A stretch of DNA of 54,091 nucleotides, counting the filler, from Dirinaria sp. TL-2023a (Eukaryota): assembly GCA_051941275.1 (NCBI GenBank). It is 4 parts of 4 records of this genome, joined end to end, with 100 filler letters (N's around TTAATTAATTAA, not from the genome) between each part and the next. Parts side by side here need not be neighbours in the genome. Positions count along the whole stretch, not along the records: positions 27,130 to 40,563 come from JAVEBF010000688.1; positions 40,664 to 54,091 come from JAVEBF010000689.1; 2 more parts are not named here. One strand, written 5' to 3'. Below the pieces are notes generated by a model. It was given only the letters and a program-made list of their open reading frames with translations. It made no database searches and was not told where the DNA came from. The translations under genes and the position numbers were made by a program. Below are positions 35,889 through 48,084 of the stretch, one piece after another (the stretch's first letter is position 1; every line of letters starts with the position of its first letter).

Positions 35889-37226
35889 TCATTCTGCTGG
35901 CGTCAGTGAATCATGGAATGGCCTTCGGAAATTTGACGCCATCTTTTTATCTACTGTCCACACTCCGTCCGTCTTCTCGTGCACAAGCGTCTCGCTGGCT
36001 GAATTCGCTAAAGCCTGCAGTATTGGGTTTTGATCATGGGTTTTGTAGAAGAATAAGGGCTTCCACTCAACTCCGTCACTCGCCTCTCGCTTTCTCATCG
36101 CCCGTTGACCATTCTCAATTCTTGTCTTCTCACGGACGGTAGTATGCATTTCTCCTTTCTCCAAAGCCTCGCGTACTTTTTTCCATGCTCTTCCAGTTTC
36201 CCATGAATCTTGTTCTTCTTCAGGTGACGAGACCAAAGCTGCCGGCTTTGCTGAATTTATGTCGCACTCTTCTATGATGACTTCTTTGATGGAATCATGG
36301 ATCTGGTACTTTTCGCACCACTGTCCTTGCAGTGTGTAGACTGAAGATTCCGATCCCTTGTCTATGTGATATACGCTGGCACTGAACTGATTTGTTTGGC
36401 CCGTGAAGAAGCCACTGCCTTGAAAATTCATCTCCGAGACGTACCCCGAGGATGCTACGATCTTGTATTTCCCATAGAGTTCGGGGTACAAGTGGCCGGC
36501 GAGGAATCCCTTCACCTTGGCGTCAACGAGTGGAATCAAATAAGTCTCGTCATACTCGTCGATGTGCAGCACAGATTGACCTCGCTGTTTAATATTGAGG
36601 TTGCCATTGAACGTCATCTCTACTTGTGAAAAGCCTTCGCACTGCGAATAAGTCAATAAAACGTATACATTCGACGACATAAGCATACATGAATGCCGTG
36701 TTGTTGATCCCATATATAACATGCAGTAATTGGTGGATGATGGCTAAGCTCGTTAGGATGTCATTTTATCTATGCCTACGAGTGATCACGATTTCAGTTG
36801 TAGAGCCTACCTGACTTGTTCGACCACCAAGCGCGCCGTAGCTTTCTCGTCGGTATAACTTCCTACAAAGAGTTCCCCGAGAAAAGAATTGAGTGGTTTC
36901 TTTATGCCTAGCTTAGAATCTTGTCCGATGTAGAATTGCGACTTCAGAGCACCAATAAACCATTTGAGAACTAGAAGGGCTCTCTTCGCCGGCTCAGGCT
37001 CAAGAGCGGGAGCAGCGAAAACTGAAGGTCGCTCAGTCCAGCAGGATGGGATCTCGGTCATGGACTTTGTTGCTAGCACAAAAGGCGGCGCCCCGATGTT
37101 GGAGAGGTCCCCTCTGATGGTCGAAAGAAACTATCGTATGTCAACATTACCGTAGCGAAGCCAGGCTGAGACTTGGCGTTGATCCCGTACTGCGATAAGT
37201 TCTTTAAATTTGAATACATTTGCCAT
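35889..37226 (-). CDS. Oxysterol-binding protein, short Osh4/Kes1-like paralog
   Basis: Four exons starting at ATG 37226 (introns ~37190-37131, 36810-36744, 36689-36643). The spliced protein reads MANVFKFKELIAFLSTIRGDLSNIGAPPF, KKPLNSFLGELF, the OSBP signature EQVSHHPP and KTRIENGQR. Confidence 0.9.
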
Positions 37227-38234
37227 ACTTCGCGAGTCACCCACTTAGAGGAGCAAAAGGTCAAAAGCTCAGTTCAGAGAGGAAGAGGCTGGGTTGTCTC
37301 TCGAAGCTGTCAAGTCCGTCGATTTGGTGCGGATAGCCTGGCAATTCTTGTTGGACATCGAGTCAGAGGCGTGTGAAGATGTGCCAAAGAGCACGCATCA
37401 ATTTGACCAGTCATGTACCGTTTCACAACTGTCGCAGATCATGTCACGTAGCCTGCATAATAACCCGATGTCACGATAAGCCTTGCCTCACCTGGGGAGC
37501 GCGGCGACTCCGGGAATCCTGCGCGCTAATCCTGCTTACGACCGCATGTTTTCCATCCACGACACTGGCTCCTGGCTCCGCGTCAACGACTATCAATTGC
37601 TCAGAGTAAGATGCGTGTACAGAGAGGTGGATGCTGGGTAACTGGAAGTAGAGTATTGGCGAGCGCAGCTGTACCTTGGTCGCTTGCTTATCTGAATGCT
37701 GATCTTCTTGGGTGGTCCCATGGAGCAACATCCGTAGTTTGGCTGCGCAGTGCGGCTCACGCCGGTCTAGACTGGAATATCCAAAAAAAAAAAAAAAAAA
37801 AAAAAAAAGAATCTTAGGGATGGTAAGTAGGCAGGCTCGTAGGGGTCTTTCGAGCACTTCTAGCTGCCTCACCTTCAAATGCACTAACTGAGTAACCCTG
37901 ACCTAGCCCTTGTCATTCTGCATATTGCAATGCCCGACAGACTACGCATAATACCTTACCTCTCTTTGCGGTGGATTAAAAGTACGGATTGAAAGCACGC
38001 AAACGGCGAATTCAATGGCGAGCCACGCTATTAAATATGAAAGCGACCCAGCACTAGCCGCGAATCCAGTTCTACTTGCCACCCGGCGCTGCATGAGCGT
38101 GTCGGACATGCAGATTCTCGAATATCATCATTCGCGACAGCCGACGAGCAAAGTTTCGGTGTTAGAGAGCTGTATTTCCAGACTGATACTATCCCCTTAG
38201 TTCTCACTCATGCCAATAGCAGGGAAACCAGCTC

Positions 38235-39302
38235 ATGATGTTTCTCGCATTGATGGCCATGGTGCTGGGTCTACACTCTGATATTCATGCCGCTGCAGCT
38301 CGCCCACAAGTATCGCATCCTTCTCAGAGCCTCTTTCCCGCTAACAGAACTATCAGGTGCAGAATTTCCCGTAGAGCTACGTTTATCGTGTCACGTACTG
38401 ACGACGATGATTACAGCCCATTTTTGAACGCTACTCGAACCGACCCTCCCAGAACATACACAACGATAGCCAAAGAGTACAGGCCTGGTGAGCCTGATGA
38501 CACGATGGTGTTCAGGTTCGACAACGTTCCCATACATCCCGAAGATCTGTCTATCGCTATGGCTGCAGCCTTATACGTAGCATGTAATTGGCTGAGCGAA
38601 CGTTCTGGCCGAGAAAGCGAAGAAATTCCCGGCGGCGAATTTGCGCTCAGCGATTACTGGTACAATTTCGAGGTAGGGTCGGACTTATGGAGTGAGCAAG
38701 GGCTGCAACTCTCCCATCTCAAGACAATCATCGATGTCGTTTCCAGCCTCGGCCAGAAATTCAACATGCGGCAATTCACGTTCGAATATCATTCGGCAGG
38801 CCGTTTTCTTGCAGTTGGCCACCTTAAGAATGGCCGGATACCTATGCCTCCCCGTCAGCATGCTCAACTGGGGCAAAGACATACGGTGGCTCATGGCGTT
38901 GTCATCTACGGTGGCTACGGCCAACCCGTAGACTTTGAAGGTGCCGCCAGAGGTCTACAGGCTATATTCCAATCTGGATGGGGTCTGATGACGAGAATCG
39001 GCAAGCACAGTTACGAAATTTGCAATCCACACCACACTTATGTCTTAGAGACACATTCGCCAAGACTTCGTTTCGAAGCCACAGTTCCTGTAAGCCGGTT
39101 GACCCTTCGAGATATCCTCGATGTTGCTTATTCTGTCGTAATATTTGGCGGCTTTTACTACATGCTGGAGCTAAGCTGTATCTTGTCCTCCATACCCCCA
39201 ACGTCAGGGATACAAAAGCATGTGTACGGTTCCTTGAGTATTCCTCCCACACAGGAAATGAGTGGATCTGTTGCTGGAATGAATGATACAGCTTTCCAAT
39301 AA
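38235..39302 (+). CDS. Putative secreted protein of unknown function with two related ~120-aa domains
   Basis: Intronless 355-aa ORF with a hydrophobic N-terminal signal (MMFLALMAMVLGL...IHA), N-glycosylation sequons and no family motif I recognise. Confidence 0.65.
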   Translation: MMFLALMAMVLGLHSDIHAAAARPQVSHPSQSLFPANRTIRCRISRRATFIVSRTDDDDYSPFLNATRTDPPRTYTTIAKEYRPGEPDDTMVFRFDNVPIHPEDLSIAMAAALYVACNWLSERSGRESEEIPGGEFALSDYWYNFEVGSDLWSEQGLQLSHLKTIIDVVSSLGQKFNMRQFTFEYHSAGRFLAVGHLKNGRIPMPPRQHAQLGQRHTVAHGVVIYGGYGQPVDFEGAARGLQAIFQSGWGLMTRIGKHSYEICNPHHTYVLETHSPRLRFEATVPVSRLTLRDILDVAYSVVIFGGFYYMLELSCILSSIPPTSGIQKHVYGSLSIPPTQEMSGSVAGMNDTAFQ

Positions 39303-40563
39303 CCTGTCCAATGTAATTGCTTTCTGGATGGCTGCACAGGGCGATTCTAATCAATCCTAAATTTCCATTACGTTATTAAATTTGAGGTATAAAGAGCACA
39401 CAGCTTTACCTTTTCATAGCGAAATTTTGCACTGACAGATTACACACTCATGCTCAATCTCTTTCCCTGGTACAAATCTGAGAAAGACAGCATGGTTTGA
39501 ACCCAGCGAAAACACCTCCCTGGACCGTACTGGAATTGGAGAACGCGAGGTCTTTCCGTAGCAAAAAGCTAGTACTAGGCCCTACGTTTTCAGTCTATGG
39601 CGCATGACTAGAAGACCATATCATCCACAAACACTCTTGAGATAACCGCGCGTCTCGCTCCACGAAGTCCTAAAAAGCCAGAAATAGCCTAGGCCTCTCT
39701 AATATTATCGGACCTTCGAAGAGAGCAGCGAAAGCCAGCCGCAAGATGCAGCTGAGATGTTCAGAACGAGAGAAGAAAAAGCATCAAGACTCATCCGCAC
39801 AGAGCTCAGGTGTGAGCCGATTTTATCAAATATGAGATTGCTTAATCAAGTTTGAAGGGAAATACAGTCAGAAGGTCGCAGAAACAGAAGAGGTGGATGT
39901 TAGGGGCCGCAGCCTTCTCGCAATGGTGATGATACGCCAGGTACGTCGGAACACTACTAGGACATTGTGCAGGATAGTATCTCAGAACAACGTTGATCAG
40001 TCTTCTAGATTTGTTTCTTGTGAAGGCACGTGGCGATCGTGACCTAATAGACTCAAAGTTTGAGATAGATGAGTATGTTTCCCTACATCATATCTCGATA
40101 ATCTCCTAGCCCCTAAACTGCGCGGAGTCAAAACACTGTATAGCATGCAATGAATCCGGCAGGTTTATGCTTGCTTGCCCATCTCTCTCTCTCACGTAGA
40201 CCCATCATGTTTGTACTCTTACCTACCTCACAATCTCAATCTCTATAACTGAGCCATCCACCCCAGCATCATCAATCTTTTAGCAATCTCCTCGCAAAGT
40301 AAAAATAAACCATTGCCATGGAAAACTTCACTTTCTCTAAAGTCTAAAGTGAAGTAAAATGACCATCCCTGTAAGGCTGTAAACCTCTTTATCCATCATC
40401 CTCGTTTTCAAATCGGCGACGTCCCATATTATCCCCACTTTCCAAAAAAAAAAAAAAAAAGAAGAGCTCTCCAACAGAACCCATGAAACTCTCCCTCTCA
40501 ATCTCCGAAAACCCCCCTCCCTGATTCTAGAAACACAAGACTCACCTCAAAGAACCTTCCCCC

Positions 40564-40663
40564 NNNNNNNNNNNNNNNNNNNNNNNNNNNNNNNNNNNNN
40601 NNNNNNNTTAATTAATTAANNNNNNNNNNNNNNNNNNNNNNNNNNNNNNNNNNNNNNNNNNNN
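40564..40663. other. Artificial assembly spacer
   Basis: 44 N + TTAATTAATTAA + 44 N. Confidence 0.97.
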
Positions 40664-43600
40664 CATCCCCTTCACAGAAGTAGAAGTAGGGAAATAATCG
40701 CTCCCGCCTTCCAACTGCGCAGTGGGGATATCCGTCCCGATGCCGCTATCGCTGCCACCACCACCAGGAGCAGGAGCACCTTCATAAACCACCATCTCGG
40801 CCGCGTTCCCGATTTCTCCTTTCGGACCCATCAGATCTTCGTGATGCAGCTCGTCGTAGTCCTGCTGCTGCTGTGGTTGAGATAATGCGTGATTATTGTC
40901 GTCTTCTTCCTCTTCTTCTTCGCCCTCGCTTTCTTCCTCCGTCAGCGGAAGATCCCTGGTGCCCACCGTGCCAACAGTGGAGGTCGTGTAGCTGGGACGT
41001 CTCCGATCGTCGTTCGACGACACGATGCTGCTGCTGCCGCCGCCGCCGCCGGCGTAGCTGAGGCTGTCGGCGAATGACGATGTGCCGGTGTAGCTCGTGC
41101 GGCGCTCGGTGCCGGCCTCGGTGCCGCCTTCTTCGGCGTCTTCGTCCGCTTCGTCCAGGATGCTGTTTTCTTTGTCCTCGTCGTCGTCGTGGTCGTGGTC
41201 GATACCGTCGTCGTCGTCGTTGTCGGCGTACATGCCGATCGCTTTCGTGCCGCCCCAGCTGGTCTTGCGCACGGGGAAATTGGATTTCACGCTGTGGCTG
41301 CGCTTCAGGGCGTTGAGTCCGTGCCCCTTTTTGGACGAGACGACGCCTCCGCTGCCGGCGAGCGCAGGGTTCGCGAGCACCATGGACCGCTCTGCTGCGG
41401 GACCCTTGTTGGCGCCCAAGGTGCTGAGACTGAGGATGCGGCGATCGCCTTTACTTGAGGTCGTGGAGACATTACTTCGTGGTGGTGGTGGTCTTCGCTT
41501 GAGGGCCATGCCGACGCCGCTGCTGACAGCGCTCGTGGTGAGAGAGGAGAGTCTGGTGCCTGTACCCGCTGTGCTTGTCCTAGGTACCGTTGTAGCTTGG
41601 CTGGATGAAGAGGAGACACGCTTTAGATTCATGTCCTTGAGGCTAGATGGACGCGAGGTTGTGAGCAGTGACCGTGAGTGGTCGAGTACGCCGTCCAATA
41701 CACGACGCTCAAGTTTTTCAGCTCGGGCTTCCATTGCGTTGAGCTCTTCACGCCGGATATCGAGTGCTGTATGCAGTGATGAGAGATCTGCCTGTAGTTT
41801 GGACCTCTGCGCAACCAAGTCCTCCTTCTCTCGCAGAAGATCCTCAACCTGGCGTGCAAGGAGCTCCTTCTCTTCTGAGCACCGGACGATATCTGCTTCG
41901 ACGCTTTCTTTTTGTGCAGATCTCTGCTGCAAAGTTAGGGCTAATTCCTCGGCCTCCTTCGCTCGTGCTTCATTGCCTTCTGTAATCCGCGCTTGCTGCG
42001 TGCTGACAAAGGCATTGAATTCAATTGCCGAACTAGCAACCTGTTCCCTGATTTGATCTAACAGTACAATCTGCTCGTCCGCTTTTCCTAAGTCCGCCGT
42101 ATGCTCGACGAGACGATCAAGTTTGGCATGCACCTCAGAATCGTCGTATTTCTCCGGTAAGGGCATCACCTTCGGTATTTCGGGAGAGGGTGCAGGTGCT
42201 GCGATAGCTGGTAGAGGTATAGCGTCAGGGATCGCGTTTACGCTGGTCTTGATCTCTTCAGCAGAGGTCTTCGCTTGCTCGTAATGCTGCCCAACAATGC
42301 TGAGGACATCTTTGACAGCTTCCAAGATTTTCGGCTGATACTCTGTTACATGAGCTTGTACGCCTTCGACGCTGGCCAATGTTCGTGACACGTCGGCTCT
42401 CGTTGCTTGCTGTTCTGCTTTCATGTCAACTAGCAGCAGCTCATCGAGCTTAGCCCCTAATTCTTCAATCCGATTGAAAACGGTTTTGGAGTCGTCTCCT
42501 ATTCGATCACAGGAATCTGTAAAAGTGGCGCCCAGCGTGTCAGCTAAAGATCGGAGGTCTTCAGCAACAACTTTGGTCGCATTGAGTGCCTCAATCTGGT
42601 CTTGATCTTTGCTACTCAATACGTGCTCTTTAGCTTCTGCAGCTAGCTGAGCGTCGTCGTACTTAGTCATAAGCTCATCGAAGCGTTCATCTATCTTAGT
42701 TTGGAGCACAGCAAGAATCGCAGAGTTATGTTCATCGTGCTTTTCTAGCATTGTCGTATGTTGTCGATTGTATTCATCCTTGTTTCCAGCTGCCTGTTCA
42801 GTGATTGTCTGAAATTGGCTCTTAACTGTCTCAAGGACTTCCTTCGCCGTTCCAGTAGCGTCAGAATTCACTACAGTCTCGGTCAAACCGTCTAATGTCT
42901 TCGCGAGGTCTTCGATACTGTGATTGCCGTCCTTGATCTTGGACTTCAGCTCGTCGCGGGCATCTTGCATGAACTCTCGCACTTCATTTATCATATCGGC
43001 AAGACCACGATGTTCTTCCTTCCGAGCGTCAAAAGCCATTTCCTGGAGCTTAGATTGCTCTTCAATTTTTCCGTCGAAACCTTTCATCAACTCTTCGAGC
43101 TCGCTGATCTCTAATTTGGTAGGTAAAGTCTCGACGTCGGGCAGTATCATTTCAGCGATTTGGTTCTTGGTGTCCATGCAGAGAGTTTCCAGAGCTTCGA
43201 TGTCATTCTTGCTAATATTACCGTTCGAACCATCTGCTGGAACCTTGTCGCGTAGCTCTTCTAATCCAGCGCGCACTTCCTTTAGCAACGCCTCAAGAAC
43301 GTCCGTGTCTTCCTTTGACGCGGTGGAGTGTCCAATGTCAGCTACAGTATCGCGGGCTTCCTTGACGACGTTCTCCAAAGCTTCGAGGTGGACAACTCGC
43401 GCTAGCCCCTCAGATTCAATTGAGGACAGCTCATCTATTTTCGCTTTGGTATTGCGCAAGAGTGTTTCGATAGCCTCTATGTCGGTCTTGGTCGCCGCGT
43501 CGTCATCTAAATTTCTCTCGCGTTGCGCAGAATCTCCAACTGAAGCATGAATGTCCTTTAGTAAATCCTCAACCCGTTCCATGTCTTCTTTTGCTGCAAA

Positions 43601-46600
43601 GCCTTCCATGGTTGGCGGTACTTGTGTCGCCGATGGTGGCATATTCTCTAGCGCTTCAATCTTGATCCTAAGCTGTGTGATCATTATCTCTAGATTTTCA
43701 ATGTCGTTGCGGCGCAAGCCATCAGTCACTGCGTCGGGAACTGCATCTGCGATGACGACCTCACCGCCTCTCCTCATAGTAGAATCTTCTTGTTCGGCAT
43801 GAAGAGTGTGTAACCGGTCTACATCGGCCCTGACATTTGCCAAACCTTCTTTTAACGTGTCAAGTATTTCGTAATTCACGGTCATGTCCAGAGGTCTGTT
43901 GACCATTTTCTCCACGTCTGAACGTAAACAGTCAAGCCCGTCGTTTAGAGCATCGAGAATTTCGCCTGTGCCGGACAGTATGCTTTCCGGCTTATCATGT
44001 CGACCCTCAAGTTCTCTGCGGAGCGATTCGAAATTCTCGCGCATAACTTCCACCACCTCGTCCTTGTCGACTGGTGCGCCACCTCGAACTATGGTTGTAG
44101 ACAGAGTCTCTCTGAGATGCTCGAACTCTTCCCTTATTGCAATCAAAGTATTTTCGTCTGAGTCCTGTTCTCTATCGCGAGGCATGGCTCTTATGTTTTC
44201 GAAGCCATCACGAATGGCATCAATGAGCTCGTCCTTGTTGTTATTTGACCCTTCAGAGTGGAGAATAGTGGTCGCGATGGTTTGCCGGAGGTGCTCGAAT
44301 TCTTTCTCCATAGCATCCAGCATTTCTCCAGTACGTGAAGGCGCAGGTTCACGCGAAACCTCCGCAATACTCTTCTCGATGTCATTCCGGAGGCTGTCTA
44401 TGCCATCTTTCATTGTTTCAATGATCTCGTCTTTGCCTGTGACGTCAGCCGCTCGGTCGACATAGCTCTCGATGTCTCCTCGTAGCACCTCAAGCCCATC
44501 TTTCAATGCGTCGAGAACTTGCTCCGTGTCACCTCCGTTGGCTGCAGAGTACTGCTTGAATTCCAGCCTCATACCATCCGAGAGGTCTTGCATCTTATCT
44601 AGGACCTGCTCCCCTAGACCGCCCAGCGGAGTTCGAGCACCTTCTAGGCCTGCTTTAACGGCGTCGAACAGATCATCACGGTTGAACTCGATCTCCTTTG
44701 AGATTGATGCTTGTGTTAGAAGTCCTTCTTTCACTGCATCAAGCACATCTTCCTTCGTGATCTCGGTCTCCTTTGATGGTCCTACGCTGGATGCTGGGAA
44801 ATCGAACGACTCAAGACATTCTCTTACCGCCTCCAGGAGCTCCTCCCTGGTAATATTTGCTTCAGTCTCGATGGGAGCTGGTGGTTTGAAGTCTTGCAGG
44901 CCTTCGCGAACAGCGTCCAACACTTCTTCGTAGCTGACGCCTTCGCTTTTGGGTTCTTCACGATGCTGATACTGCTCGAGACCTTCTCTCAAGCATTGCA
45001 GAATTTCCTCCCGCTCTAGACCAAAATTCTGCAACTCAATCTCTGGTTTGTAAGTCTCCCACGCATCGCGGACGGCTTCTAGGATTTCTTCTCTTTCGAT
45101 ACCAGAAGTTGGTTGTTGAAACCCTAACTGCTGTTGTAGCGGTATTTCAGCTAGAGCATTCTTCACCGCTGTGTAGACCTCTTGAGTATCTGTTGTCGCC
45201 CGAGATATGCTCGACGAAGACGATTGGCGTCGACGTTCGCGCATTACACTCTCCATGTGTCCTCTTAAATCGGCCAAGCCTTCCTCGACGATTCGCGCTA
45301 TCTCCTCACGACCGGGACCTTGAGCGTCACCTCTCACGTTGGAGTCGCCACGCGTTGACTCCGCTTGATCTAACTTGCGACCTATTTCGCGGCCCATGCC
45401 TAGAACCTCGCCACGTAGCTCGCGTACAAGTGCTTTGATCTCTGCAGTCATACCACCACCCTCAGTGATGCTGTCTTTCATCTTTTTCAGCATCTTCATC
45501 ATGTCCTCATTAAGGAAATTTTTGGCGACATCATTCGGAAGATCCCGAATAGATTGGGGATTGATCTCCCTTGAAGCTCGAGCAAGGGGTTTGGGCATGG
45601 GATCAAAGTCAAGTGCCAGTTTTGGCGGGCTCTCTCCTGTCCCATTTCCATTGTCTTTTCGGGCAACAAGCGCACGGCTTGTGCTGCCCTCCTTCAGAAC
45701 GGTGAGGATTTCTTCCAATTTCTTTACCACTGTCGGATCCGCGTTTTTCAGCTTCGGTATTTCTTGGAACTCTGACAGTGATGAGAGAAGGCGATCTTGA
45801 CCATCCTTAGTGCCCATTTCCCGGAAAATTTTCTCGAGAAGCGCAATCGTAGCTGCGCCGTCTGTGCTATAGGGAGCGGCGGAAACTTCACGCTCCGGCG
45901 CCGCACCAAATGCGCTCGGACTTGCAATGCGCGGCATCGAATAGCTCTTGGGCATACCTGGTGGCGATACATGAGGTTTGTAATCAAGATAAAGACCGTT
46001 GTTATCTCCGAATCGGCTTGTGGACCGTGAAGATTGGTTTTCTGCTGGTGCAAGTAGGCGCGAAGATAGATTTGATGCTAAGTCACGCAGGCTTTTACGT
46101 ATATCTTCGTCCCTTGAATTGGTTGCTTCCTTCAAGCTGATGAGGTCTGTAGCGTTGTCTTTACTTCGACGACTAAGCTGCGCCATTTCTCGTTGGAGAT
46201 TCGTTGCTATCGTCGTCAGGCTCAGGATCTGAGTCGAAATCCCGTCAAAGGTTTGTGGACTTCGATTGGTTGGGAATGAGTTCTTGGTGATATCGTTCAA
46301 CGAGTAGTCGCTATCCTTTGCCGTCGACATGTTCTGTAGCGCTAGCATAGTTGCTGAAGGAGGCGTGTTCTCTCCAAGGATCGCTTTTACTGGCGAGCGG
46401 GGGGTCGGCCTCAAGATTGGAGTATCTCTACTCAAATCTCTTGTACTTGGGGTCGGAGTTCCTGAACGAGTAGCGCTTCGTTCTGGAGATCTACTGCCTT
46501 GTTCTGAGCTGGGTGTCTGTGGTACTCTCTCTAGAGATTTTTCTGGTGAACCAACACCGTCGCCAGCGCCATTGCTTCGCTCCTTCACATTATAATTGCT

Positions 46601-47038
46601 GCTTTGGTACGACTGTAAGCGCTTTTGGTATTGCCCTTTGATCAATGACTTCTCCGGAGATCTGTTGGGAGATGGATTGGTGATATAATTGCTTTCACGA
46701 GCTCTCGCTGCTAGAGCCTCGGCTGCGGCTGCGACAGTGGCGGATGTATTAGGCTTTGTAGCTGGGCTTGAAGAGCCGGGGTTCAATGGTAAGGGCGGTG
46801 GTGCACGATCAGGGTCTGAGCTATCCCACCTTCATTCCCCCAAGCAAAGTCGTCAGTTTGATTATGAGCACTCAAAGAGATAGGAAAAGGCTTGGACAAT
46901 GGAAACAAAACAGCCGTCCGCCACAAATTGTGCAATGACTTACATGGGAACTGACGATCGCCCAGAGTCTGAGATTGACGGATGATGCTTGAACACGAGC
47001 TCGCGGTCACGAGACTCGTCTCTATCTGCCGACGGCAT
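40664..47038 (-). CDS. Very large (>2080 aa) acidic coiled-coil/helical-repeat protein; 3' end runs into the gap
   Basis: Exon 1 47038-46944 (MPSADRDESRDRE...VPM), intron 46943-46830 (GTAAGT...CTGAC...AAG), exon 2 starts WDSSDPDRAPPPLPLNP and stays open for more than 6 kb. It has heptad-rich segments (LQREMAQLSRRSKDNATDL) and no stop before the Ns. Confidence 0.88.
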
Positions 47039-47458
47039 TGTCGCTGTAAGTCTGTGGAACGATCTACCGAGGAATGCTCTCTGGAATGCAGCAACCGATC
47101 ATCTTTTCGCGAATTGGATCGCCTGTCTAGGACCTCAATTTGATGCGATTGAAGCCTAGCATATATGCATAAGCTTTCTTGTGGGGTCAATTGAGGTCTG
47201 AAGTGGTTTGCGATAGCTGGATTGAGAAGCCTGAATCATGGGATTCGGTTGTTTACTTGATGTTTACGTTTAGTAGCGCTAGTCCTCAAAAAGTCTAGCG
47301 GGGAAGTACCTTGAGCAATAGCGCGACTTTGGTACCGGTGCCAAGCTCGCTTGAAGCGCCATCCGCAGATCCCCGCTAGTGAAGCCCACACTTACTTTGT
47401 ATCGACATTTTGTAGAATTTGGTCTCTTGCGAGAATCATATTGGACCCTCCATACACA

Positions 47459-48084
47459 ATGAAATGTAAGTCTGGCAAAGCAAAATAGCCACCTATAACA
47501 CATTAGCAGACACTGACTATACAAAATAGTCCTCAAAGTAGGCCGTGTCGCCATTATTACCCGAGGCAGATACGCAGGCAAGAAGGTACACTGTTTCCTG
47601 TTACCTAGAGCGCTCTTGACCGTCTATGCCAGTGCGGATGGGAGGGTATGGCCTCGGGCTTTGCTTACACACTGTTTTGCCAGGTCGTCATTATTCAGCC
47701 TCTCGACACCGGCTCCAAATCCCACCCATTTCCCCATGCCCTCGTTGCAGGCATCGAACGATATCCTTCCTCAGTCACACGCCGTATGTCAAAGGCTCGA
47801 CAGGCAAAGCGAAGCAAGGTCAAGCCATTCATTAAGACAATCAACTACAATCACTTGATGCCAACTCGGTACACGCTGGAACTCGAGGGACTGAAAGGCG
47901 TAGTCACAAATGATACATTTAAGGAGGTCTCGCAGAGGGAAGATGCGAAGAAAACGGTCAAGAAAGCTTTGGAGGAGAGATACACAAGCGGGAAGAATAG
48001 GTGGTTTTTCACGCCTCTAAGTGAGTGGACCTTTCAGGGAGTACATTGTGTCGAGTTCCAGCTAACCACCTGGAAGGATTCTGA
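47459..48084 (+). CDS. RPL27: 60S ribosomal protein eL27
   Basis: Exons 47459-47465, 47530-47586, 47684-48020 and 48077-48084 give [25 protein letters not shown]...[17 protein letters not shown]...[12 protein letters not shown]. Confidence 0.97.

Noticed and set aside
41097..45800. Several 100-320 aa Ser-rich + strand ORFs
   Set aside because: Antisense shadows of the Glu/Asp-rich coiled-coil gene.
47587..47683. RPL27 intron 2 as a possible snoRNA host
   Set aside because: No C box (RTGATGA)/D box pair, and no convincing H/ACA two-hairpin layout in 97 nt.
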